Shown: piece by piece, positions 27,741 to 37,163 of the stretch | How the letters are laid out: every line of letters begins with the position of its first letter | How positions within the stretch are numbered: position 1 is the first letter of the stretch | NCBI GenBank assembly: GCA_963800515.1 | Contig: CAWDBC010000001.1 | Location: 310,010-374,009, forward strand | Length of the DNA stretch: 64,000 bases | Source: an uncultured Thermoleophilia bacterium | GTDB lineage: Bacteria > Actinomycetota > Thermoleophilia > Gaiellales > F1-60-MAGs149 | Direction of reading: 5' to 3' | Program-made: the position numbers and the translations under genes | Notes under the pieces: model-generated | Seen by the model: the letters and a program-made list of their open reading frames with translations, nothing else | The model's database searches: none | Told to the model about the DNA's origin: nothing

Positions 27741-30700
27741 GGGGCCTCGAGGGCGTCCGCGCGAGGCCGCCGTGGGATCGTGGTGGGCGGGGGCCGCGTC
27801 CCCCGCTGGCGCTCCTCGTCGACGGCGGAGGCGAGGCCGGCGAGCGTGGGCCGCTCGAAGAGCCGACGCAGCGGCATCTCGACCCCAAGCTCGGCGCGGA
27901 GACGGGCGACGACCTGGGTGGCGAGGAGGGAATGGCCGCCGAGCGCGGCGAAGAAGTCGTCGTCGCGACCGATGCCGTCGATCCCGAGGAGCTCCTGCCA
28001 GACGGCAGCGACGGCGCGCTCCGTCGGCGTGCGCGGCGCCTCGCCACCGCCGGTCGACGATCCGGGGGCGGGCAGGGCGCGCCGGTCCAGCTTTCCGGTC
28101 GCCGTCCGGGGCAGCTCGTCGATCGGCACGATCTGCGCCGGCACCACCGCCTCCGGCAGCTCCCGCAGGAGGAGCTCCCGCAGCTCCGGCACGAGCTCCG
28201 CCCCGAACCTCGCGTCGAACGGCCGGTTCGCGTAGGACTGCCAGGAGCGGAGTGGCACCGTCGCCGACGGCGGGAGCGGACGGGAGCGAAGCTCGGCGGG
28301 CCGGACCAGGGCGTCGAACCGGCCGCGCGCCCCGAGGCTCGTCCGCAGGTGCACGTCGAGCCCGAGCGCCTCCCCGGCGCGGGCGACGTCCTCCGGGTCG
28401 AGCGGATCCCGGTCCGGCGCGGGCCCGGCGCGCTCGGCGGCGCCGTCGAGCGCGTCGGCCATCGCGATCGCCGAGGCCACCCGCGCGTCCGCCACCCGCT
28501 CGAGCGCGAACCCCGCCGGGTGGCGGTCCGCCAGGGTGGCGAGCGCGCGCTCGAGGGGGAGCGTGGGATCGCGGTCGACCACCGGCAGCGGCTCGCCGGC
28601 CGGCGCCTCGTCGAGCGTCAAGAGGACGTCGTACCGGAAGCAGGTGAGCTCGTTCCTCGCCCGCCCCCGCTTCGGCATGGTCTCGACCTGCCGGATCCGC
28701 GGCAGGTGGTGCCGCAGGGCGTGGAAGAGCGCCGGATCGAGCGCCAGCTCCTCCTCGCGCGCGACCCGGCGGCGGACGCCGGCCAGGGCCTCGGCCGGGG
28801 ACGGCGCCGGCTCCCCGGCGAGCTCGACCGCCGCGGCGAACGGCTCGAGGAGGGGCAGGCTCCGCACGTCGCCGAGGAAGACGCGCGCTCGGGGCTCGAG
28901 CAGCGGCAGGGTGCGCTCCAGGAGCCGGACGAGGTAGCCGACGCTCGGGAAGTACTGGACGACCGAGTTGAGGACGAGCGTGTCGAACCGGGCGTCGAGG
29001 TCCGGCAGCGCGTGGGCCGGGCAGGCGACGAGCCGCACGCCGTCGAGTCCGCGGGCCGCGACGGCCTCGCCGAGGCGGCCGATCACGACGGGCGAGAGGT
29101 CGACCCCGGTGTAGGCCTCGACCCGGGGCGCCAGCCGATGGAGGATCAGCCCGGTGCCGCAGCCGATCTCGAGCACGCGGCGCGGCGTCGTCGCCGCGAT
29201 CCGCTCGACGGTCGCCTGGAGCCACTCGCGCATCTCGGACTCCGGCAGCGGCCGTCCGTCGAACGAGCTCGTCCAGCCCGTGATGTCGAAGGTGGCGTCG
29301 CCCCCTCCGCTCCGGTACGTCTCGTCGTAGAGGTGGCGCCAGGCCGCGACGCGTGCCGCGTCCGCACCCTCGCCGTCGTTGCTCGCCGGCACGACGTAGG
29401 CGACCAGGCGGCGGTCGCCGGGCGTGTCCTCCCGGGCGACGACGACCGCGTCGGCCACCCCAGGATGACGCCGCAGCAGATGAGCGACCTCGCCCGGCTC
29501 GACCCGATGCCCACGGATCTTGAGCTGATCGTCCACCCGCCCCAGAAACTCCAACGCCCCATCACGCCGATGCCGAACCCGATCACCCGTCCGGTACATC
29601 CGACCCCCCGGCGCCCCGAACGGATCCGGCAGGAACCGCTCCCCCGTCAGCTCCGGCCGCCCCAGATACCCCCGCGCCAGACCATCACCCGCCACATAGA
29701 GCTCCCCCGCCACCCCCGGCGCCACCAACCCCAGATGCTCATCCAGCACGTACACCCGCGAATTGGCGATCGGACGACCGATCGGCGCCCACGGCGCGTC
29801 GTCGGCGGGGTCGATCCGCGCCCAGGTCGCGTCGATGCAGGTCTCCGTGGGGCCGTAGAGGTTCAGGACCTCGGCCCCGAGGACCTCCCCGAGCCGGCGC
29901 GCCAGGGCCTGGGGAAGCGGCTCGCCACCGCAGAAGACCCGGCGGACCGACCGGCACGCCGTCACCCCGGGATCGTCCAGGAGCATCGCGCCGAGGCTCG
30001 GCACGAGCTGCACCACCGTCGCCTCCGCGGCTCGGAGAACGGCCGCGAGCTCCGTCTTGGCCTCGATCGCGTCGGCGGGCGCGAGGGCGATCGCCGCGCC
30101 CGCGACGAGCGGCGCCCAGACCTCCCAGACCGACGCGTCGAACCCGATCGGCGTGCGCTGGAGCACGCGGTCGGTGGCGAGGAGGGGGAGGGCCTCCTGC
30201 ATCCAGTGGAGGTGGTTGGCGAGCGCCCGGTGGGGCACGGCGACGCCGCGGGGCGCTCCCGTTGAGCCCGAGGTGTAGATGACGTAGGCGAGGTCGTCCG
30301 GAGCGACCGCCGCCGGCCGGGTGCCGGGCTCCCCCGCGTCCTCGGCGGCACGGATCTCGAGGCGGCGCTCGTCGTCGAGGATGCCCGTCGCTCCGGGGCC
30401 GGTGAGGAGCACGCCGGGGCGAGCGTCGTCGACCATCCGGCGCAGGCGGGACGCCGGCAGGTCCGGGTCGAGCGGGAGGTAGGCCGCTCCCGCCCAGAGC
30501 ACGCCGAGGAGGGCGACGACGAGGTCGGGCGAGCGGCGCGCGCAGACCGCGACGACGGTCTCGCGGCCCGCTCCCAGCGCGCGGAGCGAGCCCGCGACCC
30601 GCGCGGCGCGGGCGACGAGGTCCGCGTAGGTCAGGGCGACCGGCCCCTGGCGGACGGCCTCGGCGGCGGGCGTCGCGGCCGCCGCGGCCGCGACCTGGTC

Positions 30701-32185
30701 GTGGGCGGCCCGGAAGGGATAGGGCCGCGCCGTCGCGTTCTGGCCGACGAGGAGGCGCCGCTCGGCGTCGCCGAGCAGGTCGTGGCCGTCCACCGGGGCG
30801 TCCGGATCGCGGATGACCGCCTCGAGGAGCCGCTCGAACCGCCGCGCCAGCCGGGCGATCGTGTCCGCCTCGAAGAGCTCGGTGCTGTACTCGAAGCTGC
30901 CGTCGAGGCCGCCCCCGCCCCGCCAGAAGCTGGCCGCGATGTCGAAGATCGCGGTCCCCCGCCGGTCGCGGCCGGGGTCCGAGTCGAGGCCGCCGAGTCC
31001 GTCCAGCATCTGGAGCGTCACCGAGAAGAGGGGGTTCCGGGAGGGATCGCGCTCCGGTCGCAGGGCGTCGACGAGCAGCTCGAACGGCAGCTCCTGGTGG
31101 GCGTACGCCTCCACGGCGCGGTCGCGCACCCGGCGGACCAGGGTCCGGAAACTGGGCCGGCCCGACACGTCGCAACGGAGGACGAGGCTGTTGACGAAGA
31201 AGCCGACGATGCCCTCGACCTCCGGCAGCGTGCGGTTCGCGATCGGGACGCCGATCGCGACGTCGTCCTGGCCGGCGGAGCGGGCGAGCACGGCCGCGAA
31301 GGCGGCGAGGAGCAGCATGAACGGCGTCGCCCGCTCGGCCGTCGCCAGCGCGTCCACCGACGCCGCGGTCTCGGGCGGAAGCCGGAGAAGCTCGACGGCG
31401 CCCTCGAAGCGGGTCGTGGTCGGCCGCGGACGGTCGGTCGGCAGCTGCAGCAGCGGCAGCTCGGCGAGGCGCTCGCGCCAGTGGTCGAGCTCGCTCGCGA
31501 GGAGCGGCCCCCGCAGCCGCTCGCGCTGCCAGACCGCGAAGTCGGCGAACGAGACGGGCAGCGCGGGCAGGCTCGGCTCCCGCCCCGCCGCGAGCGCGGC
31601 GTAGGCGATCCCGAGCTCCCGGTAGAGCACGCCCATCGACCAGCCGTCCGCGACGATGTGGTGGAGCGCGAGGAGGAGGCGCTGGTCCGCGTCGTCGACG
31701 TGCACCACGCTCGCGCGGATCAGCGGCCCTTGGGCGAGATCGAAGGCCCGCCGCGCGTGGGCGGTCGCGAGCTCGTCGGCCCGGCCGGAGCGCTCCTCCG
31801 CCGGCAGCGCCCGCAGGTCGTGGTGCTCGAGCGCGAGCACGAGGGAGGGGGCGATCCGTTGCCTGAGCTCGCCGCCGTCCACGAAGAAGGTCGTCCGCAG
31901 CGCCGCGTGGCGGGCGACGAGCCCGTTCAACGCCCGTTCGAGCACGTCGGCGTCGAATCCCGCGCCGAGCGGCAGGGCGGACGCGATGCTGTAGAACGGG
32001 TTGCCGGGGGCGAGCTGGTCGAGGAACCAGAGGCGCTCCTGGGAGAACGACGCCCGCGCCGTCCCGTCGCCGGCATGGGGCCTGATCGTCGTCGACGGGC
32101 GCCGGGCGCGCAGCCGCTTCCGCACCAGGGCCCGGTGCTCGTCGCTCAGGGACGCGTGGCGCTCGCCGGCCTGGTCGATGCTCAC
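27737..32185 (-). CDS. NRPS module 2: C-A(embedded N-methyltransferase)-T
   Basis: 1482 aa. Motifs: 'HHIVADGWS', 'YVIYTSGSTGAPRG', 'NLYGPTE'. A ~420-aa insert between A8 and A10 carries the SAM motif 'VLEIGCGTGLIL' plus 'NSVVQYFP' and 'NELTCFRYDV'. Then come 'TATGKLDR' and the T motif 'DFFAALGGHSLL'. Confidence 0.9.
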   Translation of the reverse strand: MSIDQAGERHASLSDEHRALVRKRLRARRPSTTIRPHAGDGTARASFSQERLWFLDQLAPGNPFYSIASALPLGAGFDADVLERALNGLVARHAALRTTFFVDGGELRQRIAPSLVLALEHHDLRALPAEERSGRADELATAHARRAFDLAQGPLIRASVVHVDDADQRLLLALHHIVADGWSMGVLYRELGIAYAALAAGREPSLPALPVSFADFAVWQRERLRGPLLASELDHWRERLAELPLLQLPTDRPRPTTTRFEGAVELLRLPPETAASVDALATAERATPFMLLLAAFAAVLARSAGQDDVAIGVPIANRTLPEVEGIVGFFVNSLVLRCDVSGRPSFRTLVRRVRDRAVEAYAHQELPFELLVDALRPERDPSRNPLFSVTLQMLDGLGGLDSDPGRDRRGTAIFDIAASFWRGGGGLDGSFEYSTELFEADTIARLARRFERLLEAVIRDPDAPVDGHDLLGDAERRLLVGQNATARPYPFRAAHDQVAAAAAATPAAEAVRQGPVALTYADLVARAARVAGSLRALGAGRETVVAVCARRSPDLVVALLGVLWAGAAYLPLDPDLPASRLRRMVDDARPGVLLTGPGATGILDDERRLEIRAAEDAGEPGTRPAAVAPDDLAYVIYTSGSTGAPRGVAVPHRALANHLHWMQEALPLLATDRVLQRTPIGFDASVWEVWAPLVAGAAIALAPADAIEAKTELAAVLRAAEATVVQLVPSLGAMLLDDPGVTACRSVRRVFCGGEPLPQALARRLGEVLGAEVLNLYGPTETCIDATWARIDPADDAPWAPIGRPIANSRVYVLDEHLGLVAPGVAGELYVAGDGLARGYLGRPELTGERFLPDPFGAPGGRMYRTGDRVRHRRDGALEFLGRVDDQLKIRGHRVEPGEVAHLLRRHPGVADAVVVAREDTPGDRRLVAYVVPASNDGEGADAARVAAWRHLYDETYRSGGGDATFDITGWTSSFDGRPLPESEMREWLQATVERIAATTPRRVLEIGCGTGLILHRLAPRVEAYTGVDLSPVVIGRLGEAVAARGLDGVRLVACPAHALPDLDARFDTLVLNSVVQYFPSVGYLVRLLERTLPLLEPRARVFLGDVRSLPLLEPFAAAVELAGEPAPSPAEALAGVRRRVAREEELALDPALFHALRHHLPRIRQVETMPKRGRARNELTCFRYDVLLTLDEAPAGEPLPVVDRDPTLPLERALATLADRHPAGFALERVADARVASAIAMADALDGAAERAGPAPDRDPLDPEDVARAGEALGLDVHLRTSLGARGRFDALVRPAELRSRPLPPSATVPLRSWQSYANRPFDARFGAELVPELRELLLRELPEAVVPAQIVPIDELPRTATGKLDRRALPAPGSSTGGGEAPRTPTERAVAAVWQELLGIDGIGRDDDFFAALGGHSLLATQVVARLRAELGVEMPLRRLFERPTLAGLASAVDEERQRGTRPPPTTIPRRPRADALEAP
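29405..29786 (-). repeat. 382-bp perfect direct repeat, copy A (A-domain motifs A6-A8 of module 2)
   Basis: I compared it base by base with 32677-33058 and found them identical. The match ends at gcgac/gcgat on one side and atcggcG/atcggcA on the other. Confidence 0.93.
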
Positions 32186-35100
32186 GACGCGCCGGCCTCG
32201 GCGATCTCGCGCCGCACCTCGTCGTCCGACAGCGCCTCCACCTCGGCCAGCACGAGCTCCTCGATCGCGGCCGCGATCGCGGCGACGGTCGGCGCCTCGA
32301 AGAGCCGCCGCAGGGGCAGGTCGACGGCGAAGGCCGCCCGCAGGCGGGAGACGACCTGCGTCGCCAGCAGGGAGTGGCCGCCGAGGTCGGCGAAGAAGTC
32401 GTCGTGGATGCCGACCTCCTCGCCGCCGAGCACGTCGGAGAAGACGTCGCCCACCTCCCGCTCGAGCGTGCTCTCGGCCGGCGCCCCGCCCGTGCGGCGC
32501 GGACCGGGCGCCGGCAGGCGCGCGCGGTCGAGCTTGCCGTTCGCCGAGAGCGGCAGCTCGTCGACGACGACGACGTCGCCCGGGACCATGTACTCCGGCA
32601 GCTGCTCCCGGGCCAGGCGGAGAAGCGCGGCGCGGAGGTCGCCGCGCCCCGCCCGGTCGGGCACCACGTAGGCGATCAGGCGGCGGTCGCCGGGCGTGTC
32701 CTCCCGGGCGACGACGACCGCGTCGGCCACCCCAGGATGACGCCGCAGCAGATGAGCGACCTCGCCCGGCTCGACCCGATGCCCACGGATCTTGAGCTGA
32801 TCGTCCACCCGCCCCAGAAACTCCAACGCCCCATCACGCCGATGCCGAACCCGATCACCCGTCCGGTACATCCGACCCCCCGGCGCCCCGAACGGATCCG
32901 GCAGGAACCGCTCCCCCGTCAGCTCCGGCCGCCCCAGATACCCCCGCGCCAGACCATCACCCGCCACATAGAGCTCCCCCGCCACCCCCGGCGCCACCAA
33001 CCCCAGATGCTCATCCAGCACGTACACCCGCGAATTGGCGATCGGACGACCGATCGGCAGGACGGGGTCCACATCGGCGGGCGATCGCATCCGGTGATGC
33101 GTCGTGAAGGTCGTGTTCTCGGTCGGTCCGTAGACGTTCGACACGGCGCATCCGGGCAGGCCCTGGAGGGCGCGGCGCACGTGGTCCGACGACAGCACGT
33201 CGCCGCCCGCGAGCACCTGGCGGACGCCGGCGAGCGCGTCGGGTCCGGCGTCCACGATCTGGTCGAAGAGCACCGAGGTCAGGAAGATGGTCGTCACGCC
33301 GTGGCGGCGGACGATCGCCCCGACCTCCTCGACCGACAGCGGGCCCGGAGGCGGGACGACCACCCGCCCGCCGTTCAGGAGCGCGCCCCAGATCTCGAAC
33401 GTGGAGGCGTCGAAGGCGGTCGGCGCCAGCATGATCAGCGCCTCGTCCGGGCCCAGCTCGGCGTAGTCGGCGCCGCAGACGAGTCGGACGATCCCGCGAT
33501 GCTCGACGCACACGCCCTTGGGGACTCCGGTCGAGCCGGACGTGTACATGACGTAGGCGAGTCGGCCGGCCCGACCGCGCGCGGCGGGCCGGGACACCGC
33601 CGCGGGCGCCTCGACGTCCTCGATCAGCACCAGCCGTCCGGGCCAGGACGGCAGCCGTGGCGCGAGCTCCGCGCTCGAGACGATCACCGGGGCGGCGCAG
33701 TCGCCGACCATGAAGCGCAGCCGCTCCGGCGGGTAGGCCGGATCGAGGGGGACGTAGGCGCCGCCCGCGCCGACCACGCCGAGAGCCGCGACGACGAAGG
33801 CGGGCGACCGCTCCAGGAAGACACCGACCAGCGTCTCCTCCCTCACGCCCGCCGCGGCGAGGACGTCGCTCAGCCCGTCCGCCCGCCGCTGGAGCTCGGC
33901 GTAGGTGACCGTCTCCCCGTCGCCGACCACCGCCGGCGCGTCCGGCGTCCGCGCCGCCTGCTCCCGGAAGAGCTCGTCGACCGTCGCGTCCCGTGGGTAC
34001 GGGACCGGGCTCCCGCCCCACGCGCCGAGGAGCCGTTCGCGCTCTCCGGGGAGCAGCAGGTCGATCCGGGAGACGGGAAGGTCGGGGTCCGCTACCGCCG
34101 TCCGGACGAGCAGGCGGATGCGCTCGACGAGCTGGGCCACCGTCGCCTCGTCGAAGAGGTCGCGCCGGTACTCGAGCCGCCCGGCGAGCTCCGTCGGCGT
34201 CTCCCAGAGCACGAGGTAGAGGTCGAACTTCGCCTCCGCCGCCGCCGGGGCGGGGGGCGGGACCCCCTCGCCCGCGAGCGGGAAGAGCTGGGCGACCACG
34301 TCCAGGAGGGGGTTGCGCCCGGGGTCGCGGGGCGGAGCGAGCGCCTCGACGATGAGGTCGAAGGGAAGCTCGGAGTGCGAGTAGGCGGAGAGCGACGTGG
34401 CGCGGACGCGCCGGAGGACCTCGGCGAAGCTCGGATCGTCCTCGAGGCGGCAGCGCACCACGAGGGTGTTGACGAAGAAGCCGAACACGCCCTCGAGCTC
34501 CAGCCGCTCGCGGTTGGCGACCGGGATGCCGACGCCGACGTCGTCGCTCCCCGTCAGCCCGCCGAGCGTGGCGGCGAGGGCGGCGACGACGGCCATGAAG
34601 AGGCTCGCTCCGGTTCGGGCGGCGAGCGCGCGGAGGCCCGCGGTCTCGGCGGCGTCGAGGAGCACGGGGCAGAGCCCGGCCTCGCGCCTGACGTCCCCCG
34701 AGCGCGGCCGGTCCGTCGGCAGGTCGAGCGCGCCCATCCCCTCCAGCTCGGCCCGCCAGTAGGCGAGCTCGTCCTCGAGGTACGGCCCGGCGAGGCGGTC
34801 GCGCTGCCACTCGGCGAAGTCCGCGTAGCCGAGGCGGAGCGGCGCCAGCCGGGGCTCGCGCCCCTCGCCGAGGGCGGCGTAGACCTCCGTCAGCTCCCGG
34901 AAGGCGAGCGCGACGGACCAGCCGTCGGCGACGATGTGGTGGAGCGTCAGCAGGAGCAGGCCCTCGCCCGGGCCCGTCCGCACGAGGCGCGCCCTGGCCA
35001 GCGGCCCGCGCTCGAGGTCGAACGGCCGTGTCGCCTCGTCCCGGGCGATCGCCGCGGCGCCGGCCACGCGCGCCTCCGCGGGGAGGGCCGTCAGTTCGTC

Positions 35101-35451
35101 GACGACGAGCGGAAGCCGTGCGTCGGTCGAGACGACCTGCTCGGGCTCGGGGGTGCCCGGCCGGAACGTCGTGCGCAGCGCCTCGTGGCGCTCGGCGAGG
35201 ACCTGCAGGCTCCCTTGCAGGAGGCCGGCGTCGACGTCCCCGACGCGGAGGCTCGCCGGGATCACGTAGGCGGCGCTTCCCGGTTCGAGCTGGTCGAGGA
35301 ACCAGAGGCGCCGCTGGGCGAAGGAGAGCCGCGCCGGCGCGCCCCCCGGCCGCCGCGGGATCTCCCGGTCACGGGCGAGCCCGCGCGCCGCGAGAGCCTC
35401 GTCGAGCAGCGCCCGCTTCGCGCCGGAGAGGTCGAGCCGTGACGGGCTCAC
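32182..35451 (-). CDS. NRPS module 1: C-A-T (begins with a condensation domain)
   Basis: 1089 aa. The GTG start overlaps the PPTase stop (GTGA). Motifs: 'HHIVADGWS', 'YVMYTSGSTGVPKG', 'FDASTFE', 'NVYGPTE', 'ANGKLDR', 'DFFADLGGHSLL'. The C-terminal tail is acidic ('EALSDDEVRREIAEAG'). Confidence 0.9.
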   Translation of the reverse strand: MSPSRLDLSGAKRALLDEALAARGLARDREIPRRPGGAPARLSFAQRRLWFLDQLEPGSAAYVIPASLRVGDVDAGLLQGSLQVLAERHEALRTTFRPGTPEPEQVVSTDARLPLVVDELTALPAEARVAGAAAIARDEATRPFDLERGPLARARLVRTGPGEGLLLLTLHHIVADGWSVALAFRELTEVYAALGEGREPRLAPLRLGYADFAEWQRDRLAGPYLEDELAYWRAELEGMGALDLPTDRPRSGDVRREAGLCPVLLDAAETAGLRALAARTGASLFMAVVAALAATLGGLTGSDDVGVGIPVANRERLELEGVFGFFVNTLVVRCRLEDDPSFAEVLRRVRATSLSAYSHSELPFDLIVEALAPPRDPGRNPLLDVVAQLFPLAGEGVPPPAPAAAEAKFDLYLVLWETPTELAGRLEYRRDLFDEATVAQLVERIRLLVRTAVADPDLPVSRIDLLLPGERERLLGAWGGSPVPYPRDATVDELFREQAARTPDAPAVVGDGETVTYAELQRRADGLSDVLAAAGVREETLVGVFLERSPAFVVAALGVVGAGGAYVPLDPAYPPERLRFMVGDCAAPVIVSSAELAPRLPSWPGRLVLIEDVEAPAAVSRPAARGRAGRLAYVMYTSGSTGVPKGVCVEHRGIVRLVCGADYAELGPDEALIMLAPTAFDASTFEIWGALLNGGRVVVPPPGPLSVEEVGAIVRRHGVTTIFLTSVLFDQIVDAGPDALAGVRQVLAGGDVLSSDHVRRALQGLPGCAVSNVYGPTENTTFTTHHRMRSPADVDPVLPIGRPIANSRVYVLDEHLGLVAPGVAGELYVAGDGLARGYLGRPELTGERFLPDPFGAPGGRMYRTGDRVRHRRDGALEFLGRVDDQLKIRGHRVEPGEVAHLLRRHPGVADAVVVAREDTPGDRRLIAYVVPDRAGRGDLRAALLRLAREQLPEYMVPGDVVVVDELPLSANGKLDRARLPAPGPRRTGGAPAESTLEREVGDVFSDVLGGEEVGIHDDFFADLGGHSLLATQVVSRLRAAFAVDLPLRRLFEAPTVAAIAAAIEELVLAEVEALSDDEVRREIAEAGAS
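32677..33058 (-). repeat. 382-bp perfect direct repeat, copy B (A-domain motifs A6-A8 of module 1)
   Basis: Identical to 29405-29786. It encodes 'ANSRVYVLDEHLGLVAPGVAGELYVAGDGLARGYLGRPELTGERF...KIRGHRVEPGEV...'. Codon usage is enriched in GGG, GAT and CAT, unlike the flanks. Confidence 0.93.
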
Positions 35452-36263
35452 GCCTCCGCACCCCCTGACCACCAACCGACGGCCGGCCGCCCGCACGGCC
35501 GGTCCGCGGCGAGGGCGCCGACCCACCCCGGCGCCGGGGTGAGGAGGACGAGGTGCCAGTCGGGCTCGTCCGTCAGGGCCGCCCGGCCCTCGGAGATCGT
35601 GACGGCGACGTCCTGCGGCGCGTCGCGCAGGCCGGTGCCGCAGGCCTTCAGGTACGCCTCCTTGCACGTCCACAGGGTCAGGATCCGACGTCGTCGCGCG
35701 GAGCCGGCGTGGCGGGGAAGATCGCGCCGCTCCGCCGGAGCGAGCGCGATCTCGGCCAGGGCATCGGCGTCGAGCGCCGGATCGAGCGGCTCGATGTCGA
35801 CGCCGATCCGGCCGCGTGCGGCGACCGCGACGACGCCGAGGTCGCCGCGGCGGCTGAGGCTGAAGCAGGGCGGCGGCCCATCCGCTCCGGGCGCGAGAAC
35901 CGGCCGGCCCAGCGACGTCGTCCGCAGCTCGAGGCCGGCGGGCGACCGACCCGTCGAGGCGCCGAGGATCTCCCGCAGGCTGCCCCGCGCGGCGACCGCG
36001 CGACGGCGGTCCACCGGGCGTCGCAGCCTCTCGATCCGGCGGTGCTCCGCCCGACTCAGGTGCGCGCCGAGCTCGGCCAGCTGCTCGGGCGGCGGATCGA
36101 GGTCGAGCCGCCAGACCCGCACGTCGGCCCCGGCCGTCGGACGGCGCGGCTCGATCCGGTCCCGCCCGCCCACGCCGCGCGGACGGCGCGCGGTTCCGGT
36201 GGCGGCGGCTCCGCTCGGCCCACGGCCGGGGCGAGCCGCGATGGTGATGTCGGCGGCGCTCAT
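35448..36263 (-). CDS. Sfp-type 4'-phosphopantetheinyl transferase
   Basis: 271 aa. Motifs 'GVDIEPL' and 'WTCKEAYLKA' are present. The ATG overlaps the thioesterase stop (ATGA). Confidence 0.85.
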   Translation of the reverse strand: MSAADITIAARPGRGPSGAAATGTARRPRGVGGRDRIEPRRPTAGADVRVWRLDLDPPPEQLAELGAHLSRAEHRRIERLRRPVDRRRAVAARGSLREILGASTGRSPAGLELRTTSLGRPVLAPGADGPPPCFSLSRRGDLGVVAVAARGRIGVDIEPLDPALDADALAEIALAPAERRDLPRHAGSARRRRILTLWTCKEAYLKACGTGLRDAPQDVAVTISEGRAALTDEPDWHLVLLTPAPGWVGALAADRPCGRPAVGWWSGGAEA

Positions 36264-37087
36264 CCCCCCTCGCTCGATCCGTACGCCGCCGCCGCGCCGA
36301 CCTCGGCGAGCGTGGCCCGCAGCACCTCGCTGAGGCCGCTCCCGGCGTCCCAGGCGAAGAAGTGGTCTCCCGGCAGCTGGAGCTGCGTGAACGGGCCCGA
36401 GGTGTGCGCGCGCCAGGCATCGAGCTCCCCGGCCTCGACGCGGGGATCGTCCCGCCCGCCGACGGCGAGGATGCGGCAGCCGAGCCGGGGCCCCGGCGGG
36501 CTCCGGTAGGTCTCCGTGGCCGTGAAGTCCGCGCGCAGGGCAGGGAGCAGCAGCTCGACCAGCTCGGGCTCCTCGAAGACCCCGGACGGGGTGCCGCCGA
36601 GCCGCCGGAGCTGATCGACGAAGGCGGCGTCCGGCAGGCGGTGGAGCGGGGGGTGTCGTTGCGGGAGGTGCGGTGCGGGGTGCGCCGAGACGACGAGGGT
36701 CGCGGGCGGGAAGCCATCGCCCGTCAGGCGGCGGGCGAGCTCGTAGGCGACCAGGGCGCCCATGCTGTGGCCGAAGAGGACGACGGGGGGGCCGAGGGCG
36801 GCGACGGTCGGGAGGAGGTCGTCGACGAGCGCCGTCAGCTCGGTCGGGACGGGCTCGCCGAACCGCTCCTCGCGGCCCGGCAGCTGGGGCGCGACCAGGT
36901 CCACGTCCGGAGGCCGCGCCGGCCAGTCGCGGTAGAGCGAGGCCGCTCCGCCGGCGTAGGGCAGGCAGACGAGCCGGACCCGGCCGCCGGCCTCGCGGTA
37001 GGAACGAGCGTTGATCCGCTCACGGCCCGTGGACGATGCGTCGTGCCGTGACCGCCGCCGCGGCTCCATCCGGGCCGCGCCCCCCAC
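36260..37087 (-). CDS. Type II (editing) thioesterase
   Basis: Motifs 'LVCLPYAGG' and 'GHSMGA' and the C-terminal 'GDHFF' are present. I prefer the GTG 37087 start (RBS aaaagggggg); ATG 37069 is an alternative. The track's TTG at 37180 coincides with the predicted -35 box, so I rejected it. Confidence 0.85.
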   Translation of the reverse strand: MGGAARMEPRRRSRHDASSTGRERINARSYREAGGRVRLVCLPYAGGAASLYRDWPARPPDVDLVAPQLPGREERFGEPVPTELTALVDDLLPTVAALGPPVVLFGHSMGALVAYELARRLTGDGFPPATLVVSAHPAPHLPQRHPPLHRLPDAAFVDQLRRLGGTPSGVFEEPELVELLLPALRADFTATETYRSPPGPRLGCRILAVGGRDDPRVEAGELDAWRAHTSGPFTQLQLPGDHFFAWDAGSGLSEVLRATLAEVGAAAAYGSSEGG

Positions 37088-37147
37088 CGTACCCCCCTTT
37101 TCACGCTCCCGGGTTCCTGGCGCCCGCGACGGGCTCAGGTCTCCCGG

Positions 37148-37163
37148 TGTGAGCGTACTCACA
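37148..37163. promoter_or_regulatory. Perfect 16-bp palindrome TGTGA-N6-TCACA (CRP/GlxR-type operator) overlapping the -10
   Basis: tgtgagcgtactcaca at 37148-37163, with both 5-bp half-sites perfect and a 6-nt spacer. The TACGCT -10 hexamer sits in its centre. Confidence 0.55.

Noticed and set aside
29146-29586. Two ORFs with an identical N-terminus, 'MIGFGIGVMGRWSFWGGWTISS...' (29146..29586 and 32676..32858), which could be mistaken for a duplicated small gene or a mobile-element remnant.
   Set aside because: They are simply an alternate frame of the 382-bp repeat inside the two A domains. There are no inverted termini, target duplications or transposase motifs.
24456-35442. Very long plus-strand ORFs antisense to the NRPS genes (24456..28235 of 1259 aa, 27005..30265 of 1086 aa, 30701..32671, 32374..35442).
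   Set aside because: Their translations are Arg/Gly/Pro/Asp-rich low-complexity strings with no motifs. The minus strand carries every NRPS core motif with strong GC3 bias. Long stop-free antisense frames are expected at this GC content.
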